Positions 13,040-26,790 of a DNA stretch of 64,000 nt are shown here, piece by piece. The position numbers and the translations under genes were made by a program. This DNA is from Chiloscyllium plagiosum. Lineage: Eukaryota. Location of the stretch: positions 72,003,081 to 72,067,080 of the forward strand of contig NC_057711.1 of assembly GCF_004010195.1 (NCBI RefSeq). The letters are read 5' to 3'. The stretch's first letter is position 1. Each line of letters starts with the position of its first letter. The notes below the pieces were generated by a model. The model was given only the letters and a program-made list of their open reading frames with translations. It was not told the origin of the DNA and ran no database searches.

Positions 13040-14985
13040 AGCAGAAAGGGCTAGGAAAAGGTGATATATATACAGAAGGCAGGAATTAAGATGGGATGGG
13101 TGATGAAGGACTAAGTGATAGATGGAGATGGAGAGAAAGGCAGTTTGGCAGACTAAGGGATGGATAATGGTGAGCCAGGGAGAAAGGAGAGCTCATAATG
13201 GGGACCATAACTAGGTGAAAATGGGTTGGCTATGCTGAAGGCAGGCCCCGTGATGACAAAGCCTGGTGTGTGGGGGTTGGGGTAAGGACATGGAAGAACG
13301 TATTCAGTCTCCAAACTCAATATTGAGTCCTGAAGGCTGAAGGGTTTGCAAGTAGAAAGTGAGATGCTGTTCTTCCAGCTTGAACTGAGTTTCACTGGAG
13401 CACTACAGCAGACTTGAGACAGTGATGTTGACCCAGGAACAGGGCGGTGTGTTTGCGGGTGGAATGTAGATGTTCAGCAAATTGGTCACCCTGTTTGTGT
13501 TTTATCTCCCCGGTGCAGGGCAGATCTTATTGTGAGCAGCAAATACAGTGGATTAGATTGTGTGAAGTGCAGGAAAATCACTGCTTCACCTGGAAGGTGT
13601 GTCTGGAGCCTTGGATATGGAGGAGGAAGAAAGTAAATGGGTAGGTGTTACATATTCTGCAATTGCATGGGAAGGTGCTGTAGGAGCATGCTGGGAGTGA
13701 AGGAGGAGTGGACCAGGGTGTCTTGGTGGGAACGGTCCCTGCAGAAGGCCGACAAGGGAATGGAGGGAAATACATCTCTGGATGTGCTTTCCTGCTGGAA
13801 GTTGCAGGAATGGCAGCTAATGATCATCTGAATGTTGAGGCTGGTGGGATGGCAAGTGAGGACCGTTGGGCCCTATCAGTGTGGTAGGAGAGAAGAGAAA
13901 GGGTGAGGACATAAGTGCAGAATATAGGTTAGGTCAACGATAGTGGCAGACATTTCCGAGACACACTTATTAAAGCTGGCATCATCAAAACAGATGGGAT
14001 GGACACAGAGAAATTGGTAAGGTGGAGTGGAGTCCTAACAGGAAGCCAGCTGTGAGGATGTATGCTTGAGGTAACTGTGGGGGTCAATGGGTTTGGAGTA
14101 GACAGTAGTGGCCAGTCTATCCCGGGATATCGAAGAAGGGAAAGGAGAAGTCAGAGATGGTGAGCTGAAGGTGAAAGTGGGGTGGAAATAGGAAGTGAAA
14201 TTGATAAGCATTTCCAATAATGTTCCACATAGCCTATAAACAGTCAGGCATATTTGGGACCCGTGTGGCTACCCACGACCACCCCTCTGAGCTGAAGAGA
14301 GTGAGTGGAATTACTGGAGAAGTTGTTCAAAGTAAGAACAAGCTGAGCCAGGTGGAGGAGGGTGTTGGTGGGTGGGGCCAGTTCTGAAAGAAGCGAGAGC
14401 CCTGAGACCATCCTGGAGGGAGTGGGTATGTCATGGGTTTGCATATCCATGGTGAACGCTGGAGCCTACAAACTGGAAATTCTGCAATTGCAGAGAAGCG
14501 TCAAAAGAATATAAGTGGGAGGAGACTGGAGAAAGGGAGAAGAAATCAAGTCAAGGTAGGAAGAAATGAGCTCCGTGGGATAGCAACAGGCAGAAGCAAT
14601 GAAACTGTCTGGGCAGTCCTGGTGGGGGGACTTTGGAGAGAAGTTAGACGCAGGCTGTCCAAGGTAGGGGGGTCAGTGAACTTGGAGGCTGGGGTGGCAG
14701 AGATGCCCAGATAAAATGAGATGAATGATGTCATGGACACAATCGTCTCTTGTTGATGGTGGGGTGGAGGGGAGAGGGGTCATGATCCAAGGGGAGATAG
14801 GAGGAGGAGTCAGAGTACTGGCACTCAGCATCTGCATTGCAGAGGTCAGTCCACTAGACAGCATCACCCTTGTCGGCAGGCTTGATGACAAAGTCAAGGT
14901 TGGATCTGAGAGCACAGAGTGCCATCTGTTTAGAGGAAGATAGGTTTGGTGGAGTTGGGGAATCAGAGAAATTAAGTTCATTGCT
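13040..14985 (-). mobile_element. Penelope-like element, decayed RT plus GIY-YIG
   Basis: ORF 14244-14450 (-) LAQLVLTLNNFSSNSTHSLQLRGVVVGSHTGPKYA (PLE RT) and TTVYSKPIDPHSYL; 13200-13870 is colinear with the PLE at 6500-7213. Confidence 0.9.
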
Positions 14986-15218
14986 CTAAGAGTGTAAGTG
15001 ATCCCCCTGTGCTCAATACAATGCTGTGGGCATCAATTAATGACTCAGCCACCTATCACCCCGAGGAGATACAGTGGAAAACAGGAGTGGAGGCAGGTAA
15101 ACAAGTTTAACTGAGGCAGGTTTTTTAATTATAATGTATTTTGTGCAATGTAGATATCATTGGTTATGTCAACATTTATTAGTGATCCTTACTTGACCAA
15201 CAGGCAATTAAGAGTTAA

Positions 15219-16755
15219 ATAATCCAAAGGGGTTTTACAAATATATTAAGGACAAAAGGGTAACGAGGGAGAGAATAGGACCCCTCAAAGATCAGCAAGG
15301 CGGCCTTTGTGTGTAGCCACAGAAAATGCGGGAGATACTAAATGAATATTTTGCATCAGTATTTACTGTGGAAAAGGATATGGAAGATATAGACTGTAGG
15401 CAAATAGATGGTGACATCTTGAAAAATGTCCAGATTACAGAGGAGGAAGTGCTGGATGTCTTGAAACGGTTAAAGGTGGATAATTCCCCAGGACCTGATC
15501 AGGTGTACCTGAGAACTCTGTGGGAAGCTAGAGAAGTGATTGCTGGGCCTCTTGCTNNNNNNNNNNNNNNNNNNNNNNNNNNNNNNNNNNNNNNNNNNNN
15601 NNNNNNNNNNNNNNNNNNNNNNNNNNNNNNNNNNNNNNNNNNNNNNNNNNNNNNNNNNNNNNNNNNNNNNNNNNNNNNNNNNNNNNNNNNNNNNNNNNNN
15701 NNNNNNNNNNNNNNNNNNNNNNNNNNNNNNNNNNNNNNNNNNNNNNNNNNNNNNNNNNNNNNNNNNNNNNNNNNNNNNNNNNNNNNNNNNNNNNNNNNNN
15801 NNNNNNNNNNNNNNNNNNNNNNNNNNNNNNNNNNNNNNNNNNNNNNNNNNNNNNNNNNNNNNNNNNNNNNNNNNNNNNNNNNNNNNNNNNNNNNNNNNNN
15901 NNNNNNNNNNNNNNNNNNNNNNNNNNNNNNNNNNNNNNNNNNNNNNNNNNNNNNNNNNNNNNNNNNNNNNNNNNNNNNNNNNNNNNNNNNNNNNNNNNNN
16001 NNNNNNNNNNNNNNTAAGGTCCTAGGGAGTGTTGCTGAACAAAGAGACCTTGGAGTGCAGGTTTATAGCTCCTTGAAAGTGGAGTCGCAGGTAGATAGGA
16101 TAGTGAAGAAGGCGTTTGGTATGCTTTCCTTTATTGGTCAGAGTATTGAGTACAGGAGTTGGGAGGTCATGTTGCAGCTGTACAGGACATTGGTTAGGCC
16201 ACTTTTGGAATTTTGCGTGAAATTTTGGTCTCCTTACTATCGGAAAGATGTTGTGAAACTTGAAAGGGTTCAGAAAAGATTTACAAGGATGTTGCCAGGG
16301 TTGGAGGATCTGAGGCTACAGGGAGAGGCTGAACAGGCTGGGGCTGTTTTCCCTGGAGTGTCGGAGGTTGAGGGGTGACCTTATAGAGGTTTACAAAATT
16401 ATGAGGGGCATGGATAGGATAAATAGGCAAAGTCTTTTGCCTGGGGTCGGGGAGTCCAGAACTAGAGGGCATAGGTTTAGGGTGAGAGGAGAAAGATAAA
16501 AAAGAGACCTAAGGGGCAACTTTTTCATGCAGAGGGTGGTACGTATATGGAATGAGCTGCCAGACGATGTGGTGGAGGCTGGTACAATTTCAACATTTAA
16601 GAGGCATTTGGATGGGTATATGAATAGGAAGGGTTTGATAGGATATGGGCCAGGTGCTGGCAGGTGGGACTAGATTGGGTTGGGATATCTGGTCGGCATG
16701 GACGGGTTGGACCGAAGGGTCTGTTTCCATGCTGTACATCTCTATGACTCTATGA
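15219..16755 (+). mobile_element. Young CR1 LINE, 5'-truncated, interrupted by an assembly gap
   Basis: Near-identical to 121-456 and 1214-1956; tail tctatgactctatga. Confidence 0.95.
15557..16014. other. Assembly gap (N run)
   Basis: Run of n inside a CR1 copy. Confidence 1.
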
Positions 16756-16790
16756 TGACTAATGTATGCTTTTCCCAATGATCTTGTCAA

Positions 16791-17110
16791 GATTAGATTA
16801 GATTACTTACAGTGTGGAAACAGGCTCTTCGGCTCAACAAGTCACACCGACCCGCCGAAGTGCAACCCACCCAGACCTATACCCCTACATTTACCCCTTC
16901 ACCTAACACTACGGGCAATTTAGCATGGCCAATTCACCTAACCTGCACATTTTTGGACTGTGGGAGGAAACTGGAGCACCTGGAGGAAACCCACACAGAC
17001 ACGGGGAGAATGTGCAAACTCCACACAGTGAGTCACCTGAGGCGGGAGTTGAACCCAGGTCTCTGGCGCTGTGAAGCAGCAGTGCTAACCACTGTTCCAC
17101 CATGCCACCC
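16791..17110 (-). mobile_element. tRNA-derived SINE (HE1-like)
   Basis: A and B boxes on the minus strand, (aatct)n tail; gtcaag duplicated at 16786-16791 and 17111-17116. Confidence 0.92.
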
Positions 17111-17116
17111 GTCAAG

Positions 17117-17935
17117 TGCAAGTAAAAGGCCAGAGGCATGAGAGCAGGTGGAGGGAGAGGGTTGGAGGTAGGTGAAGGCATCTCTGTGATGGAGACAGGA
17201 CTCCTGTCCAAAGAAAAGAGCAGGGAGCTGATGGAAGCATAATTCAACATCACTTTGGGCTGAAAATTCATTAAAGCTGAAGGTGCTGAGGATAAAACTA
17301 AGATTTTTGCTGAGCACCAAATGTTCGACTTTAGAGAGTGGTAGGTCAGAAGGGATAGTAAATATCTGAGGAGATATGAGGCTGTTAGAAAGGATGGAGA
17401 TGGGGGGAAGGGAAGGGAGGTTCCAGAGGGATCTGGGTACATCTAACTTGTGTTCCTTAATGCCTGAAAGGAAGAGAAAAGGTTTCTTGTTGAAATTTTG
17501 AATGAGCCAAGAGATGATTACATCCCTTTGGATGGAGTCATCTGATGGTGACCAGTGGTTAGTAACAGGAGTGTGTGAGAGCAAATGAAGCAGGAAAGGG
17601 ACCGCCAAGGACACAGGCCTCAGCCTTTGAAACTGTCCACTAGGTTTAAGGGTTTTTTTATGGATTGTTTGGATGACAGAGTTGAGTGAGATGGAGAATT
17701 AAAATGACAAGTGATATGAAGCTTACGCTTATATTTGCATATAGAATGGGTGTAATCCATAAAGCAGTCCTGCATTCTGGGCTTGGTCTCCCCAAACTAG
17801 AGGAACAGTGAACACATGGAGCAGAGTGCAAGTAAATCACTTTTTAACTTGCAAGGAGTGTTTCAGTCCTTGTTTGGTGACAAGACAGGGAGTAAAAATG
17901 ATGGGTGTTATATGTTAGCTACGTAGAAAAGTGCT
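17117..17935 (-). mobile_element. Decayed Penelope-like fragments (N-terminal region plus GIY-YIG piece)
   Basis: ORF 17033-17614 (-) FTIPSDLPLSKVEHLVLSKNLSF resembles the PLE N-terminal 'LSKGL.F' segment; 17770-17930 resembles 6830-6990. Confidence 0.65.
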
Positions 17936-18254
17936 GGGAAAGCAGAAGGAATGGTAAGGGAATTGAGGAGTAGACCAAAGTGCTGCACAAGGAATGGTCC
18001 TTTCAGGCTGCTAGAGTTTGAGCCACTGTTTGTGCAGGTTGGTAGAATGGTGATAACATGGCCAAATAGCAACATACTGTCTCATCACCAATTATGTACA
18101 GATTTAGTTATTTGGGTGCTCAGCTACGAATTCAACATTTTATGATGCACAGACACGCACACAGATTGTCACAGAGATGGATGTATGTTTCTTTCTTCCG
18201 ATAGGCATAAGGTGCTGGTCCAAAACACTGGCTTAGATTTTCATATCCCTCCAG

Positions 18255-18757
18255 CATTTCTTACCAATTTTTATAGATGCACCATTGAAAGCATCCCATT
18301 CGGATGCATCACAGCTTGTTATGGCAACTGCTGTGCCCAAGACTGCAAGAATTACAGAAAGTTATGGACATAGCCCAGTCTTTCACACAAACTAGCCTTC
18401 CTTCCATTGACTTCATCCACACTTCCCACTGCCTTGGGATAGTAGCCAACATAACCAAAGACTCCGCCCACCCTGGTTATACTCTCTTCCAACCTCTTCC
18501 ATTAGGCAGAAGATACCAAAGTTTGAAAACATGGAATAGCTTCTTCCCTGCTCTTATCAGACTTATGAACAGACCTCTCATAAATAAGACTTGACCTTTC
18601 TCTGCATCTTTTCTGTAGCTGCAACACTATAATCTGCATTCTGTTCTATTACCCTGATGTAATTCTGTGAGATTCTGGTTAGCACACAACACAATACTTC
18701 TCACTGTATCTCAGTACATAGAGTCATATGACAATAATGAACCTAATCAAATCAAAG
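18255..18757 (+). mobile_element. Rex1/Babar-like LINE 3' end
   Basis: LTNFYRCTIESIPFGCITACYGNC, then HPGYTLFQPLPLGRRY...NSFFP, typical of this clade's ORF C-terminus; aatcaaatcaaa tail. Confidence 0.8.
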
Positions 18758-19244
18758 ATATTTCAAGTACACTAACATTTTAATAAACAAGATTCACAAA
18801 TATTACCAGTTTGAAAATGCAGAAAATAAATGTCAATGGAGTGATTGCACATGAACATTTCAGTGAATAAATAGCGTGGAATAGTTAGATAAACTTCCCA
18901 ATACCTTTTTCAAATTCAGTATTTCATTATTTCTTGGATGACTGATTTTCAGTATTCTGAATCCAATAGTATGTTTACTGGTGAGATAACATTTAATCAC
19001 AGTTTTGATCTGACTCATGTAAACATGTTCAATTCTTTATCACAATGTGTCTTTCCATTGGCAATGTGTTTACCCTCTCCTGCAGGCATTAATTTTCTGA
19101 TATGGTGTAATTCTATGAATGCCACCATTATTCTTATTCTGTGAGTCTTGACAACAATTGTCAATAGTATATTCAAACATGTCAGAAGGAGAAGATGCTG
19201 CAGTCAATTGTAGTACATCATCATTCTTTAGCTAGGGATTGTGG

Positions 19245-20205
19245 GTAATCCAAGATGGTGGACAAGAAAAGAAATTGTGGCTGTTAGGAGCTGCTCCTTT
19301 TCTGAGGTATTTTCAGTGCTGGAGCTGATTCCCTCAAATTCAAGGAAAAGTAATTACTGTTTTATAAGCTATTAAATTCGTTTGGAACTTTGGGGGAAAA
19401 AGGATCAAAATAACGGCATTTTAAATAGGAGGAAGACAGACAAAGGCAATCACCACATGAGAAGTGATTCAAATGGAGAAAGAAACTTACAGGGCTGTCT
19501 GACCTAGCAGTAGCCTGCACAGTTGCTGCCTTTGCTGTCTGTTTTCAAGTATCTCTGGACATCAGAATTCATTCTAAGAAAAATAACCAAACAGCGAAAT
19601 ACACAGCTGACCTTGGAGAAACCTGTGTGTGGGAGCTTTTAGCAGGAGAGCGGCTACGTGGCTTTTTAAAGTGTGCAGCTGTAGAGAACATTGGTTAGGC
19701 CACTACTGGAATACTGCAAACAGTCCTGGTCTCCCTGCTATAGAAAGGATGTTGTGAAACTTGAAAGGGTTGAGAAAAGATTTATAGGGATGTTGACAGG
19801 ATTGGAGGATTTGAGCTATAGGGAGAGGCTGAATAGACTGAGGCTGTTTTCCCTGGGGTGTTGGATGCTGAGGGGTGACCTTATCAGGTTTATATAATCA
19901 TGAGGAACTTGGATAGGGTAAATAGACAATGTCTTTTCCCTGGGTGATGGAGTTCAAAACTAGAGGAGAAAGATTTAAAAGGGACCTAGAGGGTAATGTG
20001 TGTATGGAATGAGCTGCCAGAGAAAGTGTTGGAGGCCAGTACAATATTAAAAACATGTGGTTAGGTAAATGAATAGGAAGGGTTTAGAGGGATATGGGCC
20101 AAATGCTGGCAAATGGGAGGAGATTTATTTAGGATATCCGGTCGGCATGGAGGAGTTGGACTGAAGGATCTGTTTCCATGCTATATATCTCTATGACTCT
20201 ATGAC
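19245..20205 (+). mobile_element. CR1 LINE with a putative 5' UTR joined directly to the 3' end
   Basis: 19250-19640 is homologous to 33652-34010, which leads into CR1 ORF1; 19673-20205 is the ORF2 C-terminus (VRPLLEYC) plus a tatgactctatgact tail. Confidence 0.75.
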
Positions 20206-23200
20206 TGTAAAACAGGGGCAAATATTGGCAGCTCCCTGCTCTGTATGGTTTAGAAGTTCACAGTATAAACACATAGCTACTGACATAGCCTGTGCCCAAA
20301 GGTTTCACCATTTAGAATTAGGTATTCCATGAACCTCTTTAATAATAAAACTTACGGCATCTCAATGGCTGATCAGATAATTTAATACTCTTCCCTCTTT
20401 CCAAGACAATATATTCGCAGTGTCCTCCCCTTGAAAACATTGACTCCTTCCACGGGGCAGAGTCCTGTGAGTTCTCAGCACCTTCCAGTATTTTGTCCCA
20501 TTGCCCCATTCTTCAGATACAAGTCAAGGTGTGGCGTGACATTGGGATATTTAATCCAAGGCTGTTACTCAGAATAGAATCAAGTCCTATTCTCACCTGA
20601 CAACCACAAACGCACCCTTCTAACTAGATTAATGAGTGATGAAGGGCTGAAAGATCAATTCCAATATTCTTACTTTAATACCAGTTAAACCAAATTAAGG
20701 TAAGAAAGCAAGTGGGGGACTTTCCAGATTTGCATTGTCCACAGCTAGACTCAGCAATGCTTTTATCAGCTGAGGTGTGGGCATCTCTTATTTAGATGTT
20801 GTTAAATAAAGTGCAATTAAACTTTAATTTAGAACTATAGTGGATTGTAAAGCCAAAGGTTTAGTTTCTCGTCTGCATCACATGTACAGTGTCATTATTA
20901 TGAGCTGGATTTTCCTTCCAAGTACAAAAATGGAGTCAGGAGTGATTCCAGGGGCTGAACCCATCCTGGGTGTAGGGAGGGGTAAGGGTTGGGGGTAGTG
21001 ATGAGACGAATGGTTTCTCTTTGAGATTTTCATGGAGGTTTGCCCTTAGTTGTCATGGAGACAAATTTCCTGTGCAGCCATGGGCAACAGGTTGGTTCTG
21101 TAAACTGGAGGGTCATTCAGAGCTGTCCCAGATTGTGAGGAACAACAAGCTGTATTGCCTGGTAAGTAACTAAGAGGCTGCTTCAACATTGAGACTCCCT
21201 ATTACCAAAAGGTTTGAATGTTAAATAAAGAAGCATATTGGCCAACACGCTGTTGGGGGAGTTCCTCTTCAGGGTGGCTTTTGGGTGCACTACACATAGG
21301 CAGGAATGAAAGCATCTGTTTGGAACACTGGTTCTCAGCCACTGTTCAATATCTGCCTCAGGCAATTAAATTGGCCTCCATCAGATTGGGAAACCAGCTA
21401 GCAACTATAAAATCCCAACTGTCCTCCTTTCGCTGTGGTGAACAAGGCTGCTAATGAATAATTGGCTAAACCCCTCATGGGATAAGTAACTCTATGACTC
21501 CAATCCTGCCTTGGCAAAAACATCTAGTGCCAGGAACATGTTGTGAAACCTGACCCCACCTGTATTTTTGAGGTCCATTTACTTCCATTTTTTTAAAAAA
21601 AAGTCTTCATTCACGGGGTGTAAGTGCTGCTATCTAGGTCAGCATTTATTGCTCATATCTAATTGCTCAGAGGACAGTTCAGAGTCAGACCTGAACTAAC
21701 CAGAGTAGGTAAGGAGAGCAGATTATGTGCAGAGAATTGAGATAGTAGTATGCTTTGAAATACTCCTATAGCAACCAGCTGGTCAACAAGTATCAGACAT
21801 GAATAAGAACCACACCACTTGGATGGGATGCCAGAGTGTATGAGAGAGAGAGAAAGAGAGAATTGTAACTATGCAAATATGCCACAGGAAAAGAGTTGAA
21901 GTCTTCATGGTGAGCAGAAAATCTGCCAAGAGAATAAAGGAATATTGATTTGGCAAACAATGGTTTATGAGAAAAAGGTCTGAAAGTTTATACTTCTCTG
22001 AAGAAGCTGGCATCAATTAAATAATTTCGTCTACTGGCTAGGCTGACCTCTTAGAACAAATCAACCAGGATAAATCTGAAACAATGTAACTGGTCTGCTT
22101 GCAATGTTCTTCAAATTCACATGATAGCTTGCAAAGAACAAGATTGCAACTAAGAAACAAGCAGATCTTCAGTATGCAGGTAACTCTATATAGCTGCGCT
22201 GCATTTATACGCACATAATGTGAGAAGTGTCACATGGGAACAGAAGTCAAAGATTTACCACTTCCATCAATTTAGTTCATTTAGAATTTTATTGTCAGTG
22301 AGGATGCCAGATGTGATCAAAGAGTGTACACCCAGATGAATATTTGCTGTAAAATTCAGTACATGTGGCAAATCTCCAGAGTTACTGTTGCCTTTTTAAT
22401 AAGTCTATTTTGTAACTCACACATGTGTAGAAGACATACAATGTGCCTGAAGATTGTAAAATTGCCTAATGGCATATTTTTTTCAGTCACACTGAATCAC
22501 TTATGTAAATTGACTCCAAAAATAACTCGGTTGTGCAATCCAATCAGGTTGTTTCCAAGAAAGAATTACAATGTATTGGATTCTACTGTTTCAAGTTACT
22601 GAAAACTCATTATCATGTACTGACCTTAACTTTAGATTACAATAAGAATAAAGACAGAAATCTCATAAAAGTAAATATATTTACTGACAGACCCTACTGA
22701 TGCACCTTTATGATTCACAAAATAATTCGATAGCCTGGGGAAGTTTTGAGTCGAACTTAGTGAAAGGCTCACATATGGTAAAGGCTCTCTCGCTTTTTCA
22801 GCATCCACCTGTCAAGTCCCCTCAGGATCTTATATGCTTAACCGTAACATTCTATATAATTAAAATCCAAGGATACCTGATGTTTAACTTCACTTTGAAA
22901 ACACAGTTGTTTGATCAAATTGCGAGAGCACCCATGGACGGCAACCTAAAATGAGATATCACTTCTTGCTTCCCATGGAAAATGTATGAGTTCAAAAACT
23001 CCATAAGAGTCTGCTGTGCAAGTGCAAATATGTTTTGGCAAAGCTAATCTTTGGAGATGAAGTCTGGACTAACTCAGTGAACGTATCAGCTTACGCTGTG
23101 GCATTTATTTTGTTTTGTGTCTTGCATTGTCACTTTTAATTGGCAATGTGTAGGAATCAATATTTAATATTATTCCATTCACTGTTCCATCAAGCTCAGT

Positions 23201-25112
23201 ACTGTTTTTCTAATATTCCCATACTATTTTTAAAAGCTCACCCCAGAGGAGCTTTTTGAGTTCTAAGTTTTGACTAGTTAACACAATGAATCATACGATT
23301 GCAAATTATCGACGTAAAATCCCTGATATGGCTCAACTAAGTTCTATTACACTTTTCTGTTTTAAGCAAAATTCTCAATGGCCTCACTGTCCATGAACAC
23401 GATTAATGCTTTTGCATGTAGACACTGGATTCCTGCCCTTGAATGTTATCTCGCCTTTGTTTCAAATCAATAACATTTTCAAGGAAATATAAATTGGGTT
23501 TGAAGCTTTGTAGCAATCCTGGTTTAAATTATTTGCTCTGTGTTCAAATTTCACATAAAAGTTACAGGCTCATGGTTTTATTTCTGTCTCTTGTTTTGAA
23601 CAGAGCAGTAGTGTTGTTCCTGAATATATTAACATTCCTCTTTTTCAGTTTAGACTCAACACTCCAACTAGTAGAGTCATATGTCCTGCAGTGTTCATTC
23701 TGCAAACAAAAAAGCCTAAGATACTAGCATCACAGGAATCAGCTGGTCAAAGCCAAACACCCACAGTTTTTAATCATTTTTTTTGAGAGTTACACTAGAG
23801 TTTTTAAAAAGGAATCAGTATCAGGTCACAAAACAGTTTCTGTTTGAAGTTTGGGGCAAAAGGATCAGTAATTCAGATTCCGGGGTCATTTCAGCAGCGA
23901 GTCAACAGTGTTCCACATAGAGCAGATACTGACAAACAAATTGACTTCTGTTCTGCGATAAGACTAAAATAGAGCTCATGCCACAATAATCTAAAGTCCA
24001 GCCTCAATGTATTAAGCAGTTGGCATCACCAATGCTGAGAATCAAATGATAAGCACATTCTCCCCTGATTCACCCCCCCATCCCCCCCCCGCTCCCCACA
24101 ACACCCCACTTAATCCTCTTAGAGTCTGTGATAAGTAATGACACGATGGGATGAGGGAGAATATTTTTGTGTTTTATAACAAACACATAAACAGATTCTG
24201 TAGTAGTGATTCATTACTGTCAACCAAGCACTTAGCGCTGTCTGTCATAGAGTGTTATTGTTTTGTAGAGCAACTGCAAGTGACTGCTCAAACTGAGTAG
24301 TTTCAAACATAGGACTGGAGTAGCTCAGCAATCTGAATGGAGTGTCCCCAGGGACAAAGGGTGTGAAATTATAATGCATTTCTTACTATAACCCACTGAA
24401 GTTGTCTATACTGAGCTTTATTAATGTCTTCCTTGAGTCACTGTGTAGTGGAAGGTCACTGAGATAGCAGTTGTATTATCAATTACAATCAAATGCCAGA
24501 TGTTTGAACTGTGGAAACTGGTTTTCACTTTAAACAAAGAGGTTGCTGATTTAGAACCGCACCCCGAATGCTAATTCCCCCAGGTCAGGAGCGGAAATAA
24601 AATCATCTGTTAACCAGTAAATATTTTTCTTCAAATGTGCGTTTCTTATTATGAGGAGAAAGGAAGAAAGACAAAAAAAAACTGGTGGTTATTGTCTTCC
24701 TCGTCTCTGTCACTTCAGTTGCAGTGATAGGGACATTTATTTAGTATAATAAATACCAAATGTTATATCTAATGTGCAAATGTTTTAAGAGGAAAAGAGG
24801 GAACATTCTTATTCATCCCAGTGCAGTTAAAGCTGGCATCTGAGCCAGAGACAAGAATCTTACATTAGCACTGTCAATCTGCAGAAACATTTGGAATAAT
24901 TGAACTGTTTTGGGATTTCTACATTCCATATTTCAATTAACAAAGCTCAGCAATTTCCATTTCAGTTCACATTAAGTCAAATTCAAACTTTGTAAATGTG
25001 TTTACCAATCACCGAGGTATCTGAAATATTATTAAGTTTTCAGGGCAAAAACAGCTGGAACATAATTTTCAGTAGCTCAGCTCGCTGAAATTCTCCAACA
25101 ATTGACTCCCAA

Positions 25113-25673
25113 GGCCTGATTTTATGGTTAAAACGTTGGAGTTCGGGGGGTGGGGGGGAGGTGCAGGGGGTGCGGGGGGTGGGGGGATGGAAACCTCCCT
25201 ATAGCTCTGATCGCTGCCCTACAGTTATTTAACACTGAGAGGTGTTAAGCTGCTTTAAGGCAAGCCCACCACAGTTTCTTGGGAGAATTTTTCATGCAGG
25301 GGAAGCCAGCAGCTCTACAGTCTCAGCAAGACCACCAGTAACCACAAGTAACCATGAATGGGTCCAGGAGAAGGCCTCAGTAATAAGGAACCCAGATTTA
25401 CATGTGGAACTGGAGCCAAGGGTTGTGTTGAGTGGAGAATTAATAAGGGTGAGGGTGGTGCTGAGTGTGGGGGATGGGTTGAAGTCTTTAAGTGGCCATT
25501 AAGTGGCTGGCTAAGGGCCTCTTTAGACCCAAATGAAGGTAGGCATTACAATACCTTTCTAACCCCTTTCAAATTTCAGTCAGTTTGGAAACTGATGTTC
25601 AGGCAGTGAGAAGGCCATCCATTGGAAATTTTGTGCCTTCTGCCATCAAACCCCCTGAGCATAAAATCTGGAC
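25113..25673. mobile_element. Putative old non-autonomous DNA transposon (MITE), possibly PIF/Harbinger-like
   Basis: Imperfect 14-bp terminal inverted repeats: ggcctgattttatg (25113-25126) and cataaaatctggac (25660-25673), 12/14 match; no coding content. Confidence 0.45.
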
Positions 25674-25689
25674 TTTGTCTTTGTTCACT

Positions 25690-26790
25690 TTGGCTCTTAT
25701 CCATGTCGCAAATGGTATCCAATGTGAAAAGTGAACAACTATCCAATCTCATCCTTCTTAATCAGTCTGCAGCTCTTTACACGGTTGACCGCACCATCTT
25801 TCTCCAACACTCATCACTATTGTTCAGCTGGGAAGGCTCTGTTAGCTAGGTTCATTCTGTTCTATATAATCATAACCAAAGAATCACTTGTAATGGCTTT
25901 TGTTCCTGAACCCATGCTATCACCTCTGGTGTCTTTCAAGGATTCATTGTTGGGTTCCTTTATTTCTCATCAACATCCCCTGACTGCATCATCTGAAAAC
26001 ACAGCACCAGTTTTCACTTATATACTGATGATACCCAGCTTTACCCCACTACCACCCTATCAGTTCTTCCACTATGAATAAATTATCAGATGACTGATCC
26101 AACATTCAGTACTAGATAGCTGCAAATTTCAACCAATTAAATATTAAGACATCCAAAGCCATCGTCTTCGGTCACTGCTACAAATTCTGTTCCCAAACAC
26201 CCTACTTAATTCCTCTCCCTGGTAGTTGTCTGTGGCTGAACCAGACTGTTTGCAACTTTGGTATCATATTTGATCATGAGATGAGCTTCTAACCATAAAT
26301 GCATATCACCACTAAGTTCACCCATGATTAACTCTGTAAGACCACTTGACTCAATCACTTCATGTGATGAGCTGCTGCTAAAGCCATCATCCTTGCATTT
26401 GTTATCTTGGGACTTCACTATTCGAATTAATTCCTAACCAGCTGTCCATGTTATATCTTGCATAAACTCAAGATCATCCTGAAATAGATAATCTCTGTCC
26501 TATTAAGTTCCATTCGCCTATTTGGTGGTTTACTGATCTATATTGGCTCTCAGTCAAGCAAAGCCATGAATTTAAGCTCTGGAATATCCACTTTAAACAT
26601 TTCCACCTTACAATCCATTCTTCTTTCTTTAAGATGCGTCTTAAACCCAGCTCTCTTCCAAGTTTTTGGATATCTGCTCTCAAAGCTCTGAAGTGGTTGC
26701 GTGTCATACTTTATTCAGTAATGTCCCCGAAGCATGCTGGGGGACATCTTATCTCATTAATGGTGCTATATAAATACAGATTGTTGAAAT
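25690..26790 (+). mobile_element. L2-clade LINE, decayed 3' part
   Basis: tatactgatgatacccagctttac = YTDDTQLY (YADD motif) at ~26020; NFGIIFD-like segment; 3' tail gtgctatataaatacagattgttg. Confidence 0.75.

Noticed and set aside
15557..16014. Gap shorter than the equivalent CR1 segment, suggesting a deletion
   Set aside because: N-run lengths are scaffold estimates and carry no biological signal
15326..16378. 350-aa ORF
   Set aside because: Mostly X residues from the N gap; the flanks are CR1 ORF2
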